A stretch of 64,000 bases of DNA from Heteronotia binoei (lineage: Eukaryota), in assembly GCF_032191835.1 (NCBI RefSeq), contig NC_083227.1, positions 248,001 to 312,000 of the forward strand, given 5' to 3'. The stretch's first letter is position 1. Every line of letters begins with the position of its first letter. Positions 46,801-56,894 of this stretch are shown piece after piece. A program made the translations under genes and the position numbers. The notes below the pieces were generated by a model. It was not told the DNA's origin and did no database searches. It saw nothing but the letters and a program-made list of their open reading frames with translations.

Positions 46801-49800
46801 ATAAGAGAAACCATGTTGGGTCAGGCCAATGGCCCCTCCAGCCCAACACTCTGTGTCACATAAGAACATCAGAGAAGCCCTGTTGGATCAGGCCAGTGGC
46901 CCCTCCAGTCCAACACTCTGTGTCACATAAGAAAATAAGAGAAGCCATGTTGGATGAGGCCAGTGGCCCTTCCAGCCCAACACTCTGTGTCACATAAGAA
47001 TATAAGAGAGGCCATGTTGGATCAGGCCAATGGCCCCTCCAGTCCAACACTCTGTGTCACATAAGAACATAAGAGAAGCCATGTTGGGTCAGGCCAGTGG
47101 CCCCTCCAGTCCAACACTCTGTGTCACATAAGAACATAACAGAAGCCCTGTTGGATCAGGCCAATGTCCCCTCCAGCCCAACACTCTGTCACATAAGAAC
47201 ATAAGAGAAGCCATGTTGGGTCAGGCCAATGGCCCCTCCAGTCCAACACTCTGTCACATAAGAGAAGCCTTGTTGGGTCAGGCCAGTGGCCCATCCAGCC
47301 CAACACTCTGTGTCACATAAGAACATAAGAGAAGCCCTGTTGGATCAGGCCAATGGCCCATCCAGCCCAATACTCTGTGTCACATAAGAACATCAGAGAA
47401 GCCATGTTGGATCAGGCCAATGGCCCCTCCAGCCCAACACTCTGTCACATAAGAACATCAGAGAAGCCATGTTGGATCAGGCCAGTGTCCCCTTCAGCCC
47501 AACACTCTGTCACATAAGAACATAAGAGAAGCCATGTTGGGTCAGGCCAATGGCCCCTCCAGCCCAACACTCTGTCACATAAAAACATAAGAGAAGCCAT
47601 GTTGGGTCAGGCCAATGGCCCATCCAGCCCAACACTCTGTCACATAAGAACATAAGAGAAGCCATGTTGGGTCAGGCCAATGGCCCCTCCAGCCCAACAC
47701 TCTGTGTCACATAAGAACATAAGAGAAGCCATGTTGGGTCAGGCCAATGGCCCCTCCAGCCCAACACTCTGTGTCACATAAGAATATAAGAGAGGCCATG
47801 TTGGATCAGGCCAATGTCCCCTCCAGCCCAACACTCAGTGTCACATAAGAACATCAGAGAAGCCATGTTGGATCAGGCCAATGGCCCCTCCAGTCCAACA
47901 CTCTGTGTCACATAAGAACATAAGAGAAACCATGTTGGGTCAGGCCAATGGCCCCTCCAGCCCAACACTCTGTGTCACATAAGAACATAAGAGAAGCCCT
48001 GTTGGATCAGGCCAGTGGCCCCTCCATTCCAACACTCTGTGTCACATAAGAGAAGCCATGTTGGATCAGGCCAATGTCCCCTCCAATCCAACACTCTGTG
48101 TCACATAAGAGAAGCCATGTTGGATCAGGCCAGTGGCCCCTCCAGTCCAACACTGTGTCACATAAGAGAAGCCATGTTGGATCAGGCCAGTGGCCCCTCC
48201 ATTCCAACACTCTGTGTCACATAAGAGAAGCCATGTTGGATCAGGCCAATGTCCCCTCCAATCCAACACTCTGTGTCACATAAGAGAAGCCATGTTGGAT
48301 CAGGCCAGTGGCCCCTCCAGTCCAACACTGTGTCACATAAGAGAAGCCATGTTGGATCAGGCCAATGGCCCCTCCAGTCCAACACTCTGTGTCACACAGA
48401 GGTAAAAAAACCCAGGTGCCATCAGGAGGTCCATCAGTGGGGCCAGGACAGTAGAAGCCCTCCCACTGTGCCCCCCAAGCACCAAGAATACAGAGCATCC
48501 CTGCCCCAGACAGAGAGTTCCAACAATATGCTATGGCTAAGAGCCACTGATGGACCTCTGCTCCAGATTTATCCAATCCCCTCCTGAAGATTATGGACCA
48601 AAAACATAGGATTAATTTGGGGCAGACAAAGTAGAATGTTTTCCAAAACAATCTCCCGGCATCGTAATCACAAGCCCTCAACAGCCGCTGTCTGGCTGGC
48701 CAACCTGCCTTGCAAGAAATGTTCCGGGCGAGACGATTTCTGCGTGTTGCCGTTGGAGCTTGATGAAGGGTTTGGGATTTTTAGGATGCCCAGAAGATTC
48801 GTTGATTCTGTTCTGGGTGCGTAAAATGTCCTACTTTGCATTAAACCGTGGGTCCGTTTCATTCCCCACCATCTCTTATTCTAACTGGTTCTCTTCATCT
48901 AATGTGATACGTCTGTCTCATTCGGGTCAGATTTATGCTTTGGATTTATATGTGCTTTTATGTGAGGGATTGAATACAGCGGCTTGATAATCAGCATTTC
49001 CCTGCGGGTGTAAAGAAACCACCGATTGCCATCCTCTGGGCATGGAGCCTGAAGGGGCAATGGGGGTGTCTCTGTATGGGGCAGGGGGGGTCTCTGTGAA
49101 GTTCCTGCATTGTGCAGGGGGTTGGACTAGATGACCCTGGAGGTCCCTTCCAACTCCGTGATTCTGTGAATTGCATAGCCGATTTCCATGGGGTTTCTTG
49201 TGTCTGTGTGTGTGTGTGTGGGAGAGATTTCCCCTTGTGTTTGGAGCTGACTAAACCAGCAGTTCTGGTGGCGGGGGGAGGGGGGGAGAGCAGCCATCTT
49301 GGCTTCTTCCTGTTGCCTTGTGCCCCTGGGGAGTCAGCTGGCTGAGATGGGGGCTGAAGACAACCTCCCGGGGGGGCCTGATAGCCTACCTGGAGGCGGG
49401 GGGCGGGGCAGGCGGGTTCTGACAGCTTCCTCCCTTCTCCAGATGAGGAAGACCCGCCCGCCCAGGAGGTGGAGGCCGACCAGTGCATGAAGCTCCCGGA
49501 GGCCACAGAGGTGCCCGAAGTGATTCTGTCCTCCTCGAGTGAGGAGGAGGAAGAGGACGAAGAGGAGGACGAAGAAGAAGCCGCTGCAGCCGGGGGGGAA
49601 GGAGAGGAGGCCCTCCTGCAGGGAGTGGAGCAGCCCCCAGAGCCCTTTGTGCTGGAGGTGGAGGAGGAGCCGCTGCCCCTGGAAGGCCGGGAGACCCCTC
49701 CCCCCTCCCCCCCTCCCCCGTGGACCTGCCAGGGGCTGCAGAAGGGGCCACCCCCCCTCAAGCGCAGCAGCAGCAGGACGCTGGAGAATGGCGGGACCTG

Positions 49801-51201
49801 CCTGCCGGAGCCCCCGTGCAAGAGGCCCAGGACGGAGTGGCAGGGCCTGGCCAAGAGGTGAGGCCTGGAGGAGGAGGAGGCCTTTCCCTTCCTCCCTCCC
49901 TCCCTTGGGAGTGGCTGGGGCTAGCAGGCGAGGGAGGGAGGGGGGGTCTGGAAGGGATAACCCAGCCCATTCCCCTTGCTGCTCTTGGCCGCTGCTCACC
50001 AGGAAGGAGGCCGCTGGTGCTGACGCAGTCTCTCTTCCCCCCCGCAGCCCCCTTTCCAGCAGTTGGATCGAGGTGCCCAGCACCGCCTCCTCGGAAGGAG
50101 AAGAGGGCTTCGGCCTGCCCAGCCCCGCCCCTGTGGCTGATTCCACCTGGGCCGACTCGCCAGGGCTGGGCGTGGTCTCCAGCTCCCAGGGCAGCCCCCC
50201 CTTCATCTGCAAGGTGAGCCCCCCGGAGCCCCAGGCCTCCTCTGTGCCTTCCCCCCAAGGGCAGGATCTCCTTCCAACCCAAATGGGGCAGCAACTGGCA
50301 GAGAGAGAGAGAGAGAGAGATCTTGGGGTCGTGGTGGAGAACTCACCGAAAAGGTCGAGACTGTGTGCGATTTGGAAGAGAAAAGGACAATGCTAACTGA
50401 AAACAAATCAGCCAGTATCATAATGCCCCTGTATAAATTGATGCTGCTGTCTCATTTGGAATACTGTGTACAATTCTGGTCACTGCACCTCAAAAAGGAT
50501 ATTATAGCATTGGAAAAAGTGTAGAAAAGGGCAACTAGAATGATTAAAGGGTTGGAACACTTTCCCTATGAAGAAAGGTTAAAACGCTTGGGGCTCTTTA
50601 GCTTGGAGAAACGTCGACTGCGGGGTGACATGATAGAGGTTTACAAGATAATGCATGGGATAGAGAAAGTAGAGAAAGAAGTACTTGTCTCCCTTTTTCA
50701 CAATACGAGAACTCGTGGGCATTCGATGAAATTGCTGAGCAGTTGGGTTAGAGCGGATAAAAGGAAGTCCTTCTTCACCCAAAGGGTGATTAACATGTGG
50801 AATTCACCGCCACAGGAGGTGGTGGCGGCTACAAGCATAGCCACCTTCAAGAGGGGATTGGATAAACATCTGGAGCAGAGGTCCATCAGTGGCTCTTAGC
50901 CACAGCTTATCGTTGGGACTCTCTGCCTGGGGCAGTGAGGCTCTGTATTCTTGGTGCTTGGGGGGGGCACAGTGGGAGGGCTCCTAGTGTCCTGGCCGCA
51001 CTGGTGGACCTCCTGAGGGCACCTTGTCTTTTTTGACCACTGTGTGACACTTTAGAGTGTTGAACTAGATGGGCCATTGGCCTGACCCAACAGGGCCTCT
51101 CTGATGTTCTTAACTTCCTCCCTCTTCTTCCTTCCCTGCAGACCAGCGTAGCGACGCAGTGTGACCCAGAGGAGATCATCATCCTTTCGGACTCGGACTA
51201 G
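34890..51201 (+). CDS. DAXX: death domain-associated protein 6 (histone H3.3 chaperone), 7 coding exons, frame intact
   Basis: Exons: 34890-35012 (MASCEGGVIVLD...NRRLFQE), 41330-42134 (KVYVYINELCTV...SLTGRVIEQRIPYRGTRYPEVNRRIERLIN...LQERRHLDLVYNFGSHLTD), 43614-43843 (DPALSDSELARRLRHNR), 45949-46123 (acidic), 49443-49857, 50003-50213, 51142-51201 (TSVATQCDPEEIIILSDSD*, C-terminal SIM). All splice phases are consistent. AATAAA at 51457-51462. Confidence 0.97.
35043..36173. repeat. minisatellite of about 11 copies of a 101-112 bp unit in DAXX intron 1
   Basis: GGCAACCC recurs at about 35064, 35171, 35277, 35385, 35490, 35600, 35711, 35819, 35921, 36022 and 36134. Confidence 0.95.
36877..37720 (+). 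repeat. tandem 3' ends of a second CR1 family, 4-5 units of about 180-220 bp
   Basis: Repeated GCATTGTGCAGGGGGTTGGACTAGATGACCCTGGAGGTCCCTTCCAACTCTATGATTCT, preceded by AACAGGCTTCCTCCTTGGGAGGTGGTGG. Confidence 0.85.
39011..39452 (+). mobile_element. tandem dimer of tRNA-derived SINEs (Squam2-like)
   Basis: Two units (39011-39230 and 39235-39452), each with a TGGCTCAGTGG A box, GGTTCAATCC B box and a GGCAGCTTCA-type CR1-like tail. Confidence 0.85.
39845..40290 (+). mobile_element. CR1 LINE 3' fragment
   Basis: ORF 39834..40160 reads [24 protein letters not shown]...[11 protein letters not shown]...QRSISGY*, followed by a tail module. Confidence 0.9.
42417..42710 (+). mobile_element. Sauria SINE (Squam1-like), full length
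   Basis: GAGCCCCGTGGTGCAGAGCGG head, GAGTTCGATTCC B box, GGCAATGGCAAACCACCCCG, and ACCTT-repeat tail. Confidence 0.85.
44222..45100. mobile_element. hAT-like MITE disrupted by a nested Sauria SINE (44299-44594, minus) and a Squam3-like SINE (about 44715-44995, minus)
   Basis: Ends CAAGGGGTGGCCGAACTG and CAGTTTGGCCACCCC; degenerate flanking 8-mers CTGTAGGC/GTCTAGGC. Confidence 0.6.
46465..48590 (-). repeat. largest CR1 tail array, about 30 copies of a 57-67 bp module (46465-48400), attached to a CR1 3'UTR
   Basis: Continuous CATAAGAACATAAGAGAAGCCATGTTGG...CCAACACTCTG(TG)TCA units in DAXX intron 4, followed by CR1 3'UTR to about 48590. Confidence 0.95.
50390..51110 (+). mobile_element. CR1 LINE 3' fragment in the last DAXX intron
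   Basis: ORF 50540..50899 reads [40 protein letters not shown]...EQRSISGS. Confidence 0.92.
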
Positions 51202-51844
51202 CCCCCCCGAGGGGGGAGGAGCAGCGCTGGTGCCAGTGGGGAGGGCCTGCCCAGAAGAGCCCTGCTCTTGCACTCCCTGGCCCCGAGGGGGAGCAGGAGG
51301 AGAGATCTGCTGCTGCTGTCTCAGGGGTGGGGGGCGGTGGCTGGACTCTGGGGTGCTTTGTGTTGGTGCATGGGCTGTTGGCGGGGAGGGGGCTGGGTTC
51401 ATGCCCTGTTGTCTTGGGGGTTCCTTTTTCAAAAAGGGGTGAAATGGGGGTGGGGAAATAAAGAACTATTTTTATGCATTGATGTTTGGAGTGTCTTTTG
51501 TTGCCTGGGGGTGGTGGAGGGAGGAGATTGAGCTGCTGGCCCCTCTTGTGAAGGAGGGGGGAGCAGCAGCAGCCCCTCCCCTTTCCCCCTTGGCCTGCCC
51601 CTCAGGAAGCGGCCTGCTCCCCAGCATGTGCCCCCTGCGAAAGCCTGCGGCCCGGGGTGGGCGGCTGGTGGGGGGAGCAGCTTCTGGCTCTGTCACCCCC
51701 CCCTCCTTACCCCTGTGTGGCGCTTCTCCCTGGCCCCCTTCCTGCCTCCAAAATACCGAAGAGCCCAGTAGCACCTTTACGACCAACAGATTTCATTGTA
51801 GCACAAGCTTCTGAGAAACACAGCTCTCTTCGTCAGAAGGTGAA

Positions 51845-52445
51845 AATTTGTTTTTATTTTATTATATTTATATCCCGCTCTCCTCTGGCGGACTCAGGGC
51901 ACTTTACAATTAAAACAACATGAAATTAAATTGTTACAATAAAATCACAGTAAATTATTAAAACATCTCAAGCGTATACGGTTTTAATCCCTAGATGGTG
52001 GTGGTGGTAAGTCTTGCTTAGCGCTGTTTGCCATGATGTTATGAAATATTATTGAGCGCCTTACATTCTGTTTGGGTCGGGTTGAGATGATAATGCTGCG
52101 GGGTGGTGAGGTTCTGGTCGCCTCCATTAGATGCTCCAAGCTCGTTTAAACAGTTCTGTCTTGCAGGCCCTGCGGAATGGTGGCGAGGCCTGCAGGGCCC
52201 TGATGTTTTCAGGGGGAGCATTCCAGAGGGTAGGGGCTGCCACCGAAAAGGCCCTTGCCCAGGTGGTGGACAGGTGAACGTCCTTTGGCCCAAGGATTGT
52301 TAAGGGGGGTTGTGAGCTGGATTGTGCTCTCTGAGGCTCATGTGGGGAAAGGCGGTCCCGGAGGCAGGCAGGTCCCAGGCCAGAGAGGGTTTTAAAGGCC
52401 ATAACTAACACCTTGAAGGCAGCTTGGAGCGCCACAGACAACGTG
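51845..52445 (-). mobile_element. L2 LINE 3' fragment
   Basis: ORF 52127..52441 reads FKVLVMAFKTLSGLGPACLRDRL...RAFSVAAPTLWNAPP...FRRACKTELF, the L2-clade ORF2 C-terminus, followed by an AT-rich tail. Confidence 0.8.
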
Positions 52446-52890
52446 CCACGTCTCCAGCGCAGGTTGAAAGTGCTCCCCTAAAGGTCGCTCCAATAACAAC
52501 CTGGCTGCGGATCTCGAAAGTTTCTGCTACAATCGAGAGTGTTAACCTTGAAGGGCTCTGGCTGGCTGCTTCCGGTCTCCCTTTTGGGGCTGGGGGGAGG
52601 GGAGGGGGGCCTGCGCGTGCCTGAGTGAGCACTCCTCTCCTCTGCTGCCACTGAAGGGCTTCTGAGATCCATAAGGAAAGGCAAAGGTGGTCCCTCTCAG
52701 CTGAGTGAGCGTGAGGCAGCTCACAGATTGTCAGCCTCCAACTCACTTGTCTTGTAGATGCAAGCGGGCAGCCGTGTTGGGCTGAAGCGGTTGAACAAAG
52801 CAGGAGTCAGTTGTGCCACTGTGTGACACAGAGTGTTGGACTGGATGGGCCGTTGGCCTGATCCAACATGGCTTCTCTTATGTTCTTATG

Positions 52891-53090
52891 CCTTTAAGAC
52901 CAACCAATTTTTATTTAGAACGTCAGCTTTCGTGTGCTCTTAAGCACACTTCATACCTCCCAGCTCTGTATGGCTCTGCTCAGCTCTGTGTGGCTTTGCT
53001 TACTGTGCCGGATTCCTCGTCTGAGGAAGTGTGCGGAAGAGCACACGAAAGCTGACGTTCTGAATAAAACTAAGTTGGTCTTCAAGGTGC
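52891..53090. mobile_element. Penelope-like element relic: two inverted pseudo-LTR arms
   Basis: 52891-52954 (CCTTTAAGACCAAC...GAACGTCAGCTTTCGTGTGCTCTT..GCACACTTC) is the reverse complement of 53026-53088. Related single arms lie at 20497, 33810, 51761 and 53922. Confidence 0.65.
53012..53065 (+). ncRNA. type I minimal hammerhead ribozyme fold, probably inactive (CUG at the cleavage triplet)
   Basis: CUGAGGA (53021-53027), A, stem II GUGUGC-GGAAGA-GCACAC, GAAA (53047-53050), palindromic AGCU, N17 = G (53054), stem I CGU/ACG extended by AUUC/GAAU. Confidence 0.6.
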
Positions 53091-53227
53091 AACTTGACTT
53101 CCATTTTTGGCTTAGCTCAGGAGAAATAGCCCCAGAGCACACTAATTTATGCAGTAGATCATAACTTTAATGCCAGCAGCTCACAAAGTAGAATTTTTGC
53201 TCACAAGACTCTGCGGCTTAGAGTTTC

Positions 53228-53483
53228 CAACTCGGGTGATGTTGCTTTCACGTTTTCATGGCAGGCTTTTTACAGGGTGGTTTGCCATTGCCTTCCACAG
53301 TCTACACTCCCCCCCCCCCCCAGCAAGCTGGGGACTCCTTTGACCGACCTCGGAAGGATGGAAGGCTGAGTCAACTTGGAGCCACCTACCTGAACCAGCT
53401 TCTGCTGGGATCAAACTTGGGTCGTGAGCAGAGGGCTCCGATTGCAGTACTGCAGCTTTTCCGCTCTGCACCACGGGGCTCTC
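53228..53483 (-). mobile_element. Sauria SINE (Squam1-like)
   Basis: Near-identical in layout to the copy at 3566-3848. Confidence 0.8.
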
Positions 53484-54099
53484 TAACATAAGAGCCACCC
53501 AGAATAAATGCCAGATGTTTGAGAGCAGAAAGGCAGGCAGGCATGTGGAAGGGCAAGGGAGGAGGGGGTCAGGATCCGTGCTCTGTCTCTGCCACACTTT
53601 TCCTGGCTTACTGTTTGGTCTATAGGAAGTTATGCCTACCTGCTGGTTGTGTAAAGGAGGGAGGGAGAGGTGGAAAGAAGGAAACTTTAAATGCAGTCTG
53701 CAAGCTGCCATCTGGCTTGGCAAAGTGCTATAGAGAGAAATGCCTTCTCCAAGCCAGTCGATGTGGGGAGGGGGGCTTCGAGAGCCACACGACGGGTGTG
53801 AAAGAGCCACCGTTTGGTGGCTGGCCTGAAGCAGCAGAACAAAGGGGGGGGGCTCCTTTCAGGCCACGGATTTGTATTCCAAGCAGAGAGACGCAGGTGG
53901 GCAGGAGCCCTGGTGGGAGGAGGAGTCCAGCTGGGCACTCTGAGACCAACAAAGTTTGATTCAGAACGTAAGCTTTGGTGTGCGAAAAGGCCCCTTCGAC
54001 AGACCCTGGAATGGGGTGCAGTGAGCAGACCTAGATCGAGCTGGTGGGCAGCGGTTGAGATGGGGGAGGGTCTGGAGGTGGGGGAGGGGTTGGTGAGTT

Positions 54100-54750
54100 T
54101 CCTGCGTTGTGCAGGGGGCTGGACTAGATGACCCTGGAGGTCCCTTCCAACTCTTCTATGATTCTAACAGGCTTCCTCCTTGGGAGGTGGTGGGCTCTCC
54201 TTCCTTGGAGGTTTTTCAACAGAGGCTAGATGGCCACCTGACAGCAATGAAGATCCTGTGAATTTAGGGGGAGGTCTTTGTGAGTTTCCTGCATTGTGCA
54301 GGGGGTAGGACTAGATGGCCCTAGAGGTCCCTTCCAACTCTTCTATGATTCCAACAGGCTTCCTCCTCGGGAGGTGGTGGGCTCTCCTTCCCTGGAGGTT
54401 TTTCAGCAGAGGCTAGATGGCCATCTGACAGCAATGCGGATTCTGTGAATTTAGGGGGAGGTCTTTGTGAGTTTCCTGCATTGTGCAGGGGGTTGGACTA
54501 GATGACCCTGGAGGTCCCTTCCAACTCTATGATTCCTGACCGTTAGAGCGGTTCCTCAGTGGAACAGGCTTCCTCCTCGGGAGGTGGTGGGCTCTCCTTC
54601 CCTGGAGGTTTTTCAGCAGAGGCTAGATGGCCATCTGACAGCAATGCGGATTCTGTGAATTTAGGGGGAGGTCTTTGTGAGTTTCCTGCATTGTGCAGGG
54701 GGTTGGACTAGATGACCCTGGAGGTCCCTTCCAACTCTAGGATTCTATGA
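54100..54750 (+). repeat. tandem 3' ends of the second CR1 family, about 4 units of 185-210 bp
   Basis: Same unit as 36877-37720; GCATTGTGCAGG-like anchors at about 54105, 54291, 54478 and 54689. Confidence 0.85.
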
Positions 54751-55189
54751 CAGAACAGCTTGGTCTGAATAGTGCAAGTTAGACGCTAACCAAGGAATGT
54801 AAACTCGCTAGTGGGTTAAGAGAGAGTGAAATGAATATGCTCTCCTTGCTTGGGGGTTCTTCCGCAGAGGCTGACAGCCACGGGGGTCCTGTGAATTGGG
54901 GGGGGGGGGGGCGGTGTTTGTGGGTTTCCTGCCTGGCGCAGGGGGTGGGACTAGATGACCTTGGAGGTCCCTTCCAGCTGCAGGATGAAGAGGAGCTCGG
55001 TGTGGGGGGTGCAGGGTGGGCGGGGGGGCAGCCGAAGGCCATAAACGTGGGGGAGCTGGGGGGGGGGGAGAAGGGCAGCCCATGGGGCGGGGGGGGCTCC
55101 CGTGCTCCCCGCCCCCTCAGCCCGGGGCAATGCAAGAAGCCCAGAAACCCCCCGCGGCTGCAGCCCCCCTCCCCTCCCCTCCCCCCCGG

Positions 55190-55320
55190 GCGCCTGCCCC
55201 TTTAAGAGCGAGGGGGCGGGGGCGCATGCGCGGAGGGAGCCCTTAAAGGGGAGGCGGCCGGAGGACCGGGAGGGCGGAGGCGGCGGCCGGAAGGGACGGG
55301 CAGGGAAGGGGCGAGGTAGG
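55190..55320 (+). promoter_or_regulatory. ZBTB22 CpG-island promoter and putative non-coding first exon
   Basis: GC box GGGGCGGGG, NRF1 motif GCGCATGCGC at 55222-55231, donor GAG|GTAGGC at 55315/55316; matching acceptor TTTGGCAG at 56870. Confidence 0.6.
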
Positions 55321-56159
55321 CCGTCCGTCCGTCCCTCCCGCGGGGCTCCTTCTCCTTCGGCCGCGGGGGCTCCTCTGAGCGCGTGCAGAGCGCCTCCGGG
55401 CCCGCGCATGTGCAGCAGGCCTCCCGCCCCCCTCTCTCTCTCTCTCTCTGCCGGGGGGGGGTGCCTGGGGGAGGGGGAGGGGGAGGGCCACGCCAGGGTC
55501 ATCTAGTCCAGCCCCCTGCACCGTGCAGGAAAAGAATTTGCAGCAGGGCCGGAAGCTGGAGGGGAGCTCGTGCCTGGGACCCTTCTCCCCCCCCCCCGCC
55601 CCGGGGCCAGCAGCTGCAGAACCTGCAGAATGTCTCCCTCCCCCCCCCGCCCATTCACAGCCCCCCACACAAAGGTCTCCCCCGCCCCTGCGATGCCCAG
55701 CTGGGGTTGCCACCTCCAGGCTGGAGGGTTTTGGAGTGGCGGCTGGGGAGGGCAGGGGCCGGAGCAGGAGAGCCCCTCCCCCAATCTCTCCGCAGGCCTC
55801 CCCTGGAGGCTGGCATCCACCCAGGACCCCCCCAGCCTGGGGTTTCTCTTGCTGCCCTCTGAGCCAAATGCCTCTCTTGGGGAGGGGGGCAGCAGGCAAC
55901 TCTCTGGGTTGGTCAGTCTTGCTGGCAGCAGAACCGAGAAGGGAGGTCCCTGCCTCAAGGAGCTTACAGTCTCAACCAGAAAGTGGCAGAGCTGCCATGT
56001 GCTGCTTTCTGAAACCTCCCCTGGAGCTGCAGCTCAGGGGTAGAATTGGGTTTCTTTGCCCAGCAGTTCTGTGCCCAGCACCTGGGGAGGTTGCAGGAGG
56101 CGGGAGACACCCCTCCCCCCCCCAATAATTCGTTACCACTTTTGAATAGTCATTTATGA

Positions 56160-56420
56160 ATTGATGTCCTGTGATGCAGTGGCTAAAAAGGCAAATGCAG
56201 TTTTGTGCTGTATCAACAGAAGTATAGTGTCCAGATCACGTGATGTGATGGTATCGCTTTACTCTGCTCTGCTAAGGCCTCACCTGGAGTCTTGTGTTCA
56301 CTTTTGGGCACCACATTTTAAGAAGAATATAGACAAGCTGGAAGGGGTCCAGAGGAGGGCGACGAAGATGGTGAGGGGCCTGGAGACCAAGTCCTATGAG
56401 GAAAGGTGGAAGGAGCTGGG
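56160..56420 (+). mobile_element. internal CR1 ORF2 fragment
   Basis: [52 protein letters not shown]...[11 protein letters not shown]. Confidence 0.88.
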
Positions 56421-56894
56421 GTCAATCAGCACTTTTTCTCTAGGTCAGTTTAGCCAGGGATTTCGGAGAGGCGTCCCCCCCCCCCTTTGCCATGATCTGG
56501 GCTTGGAGCAGGGCCCTGGGGGTGTGGTGGGGGCGAGGTCTTTGTGAGATTCCTGCCTTGTGCAGGGGGTGGGACTAGATGACGCTGGAGGTCCCTTCCA
56601 CCTCCATGGTTCTGCGAATTAACCTGAGAGAGTGCTGAGTGTTCTCCGCTGTTCTTGTTTGCCCTCCAGAGAGACAGACCCCCCTGTGCGACTCCTGCCC
56701 CAGAGGAGACCTGCCCCAGGTCTGCCCCATGCTGATCTCCTTCAAACAGCCACGCAGGCGGCCTCTGCTGGATTGCCGCGTTGGGCCCCCAACCCAAGAC
56801 CCCTGCTTGCTTCGTGTCCGGATTTCCACCCCAGCGTGGCTGAACCGTCTCCCCGTCTTTTGTTTGGCAGGAAGCGGGGCTCTCCCGTGGCACC

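Noticed and set aside
46465-48400. CRISPR-like appearance of the 67-bp and 79-bp arrays
   Set aside because: Units are contiguous with no unique spacers, they derive from CR1 and SINE sequence, the context is eukaryotic, and no cas genes are present.
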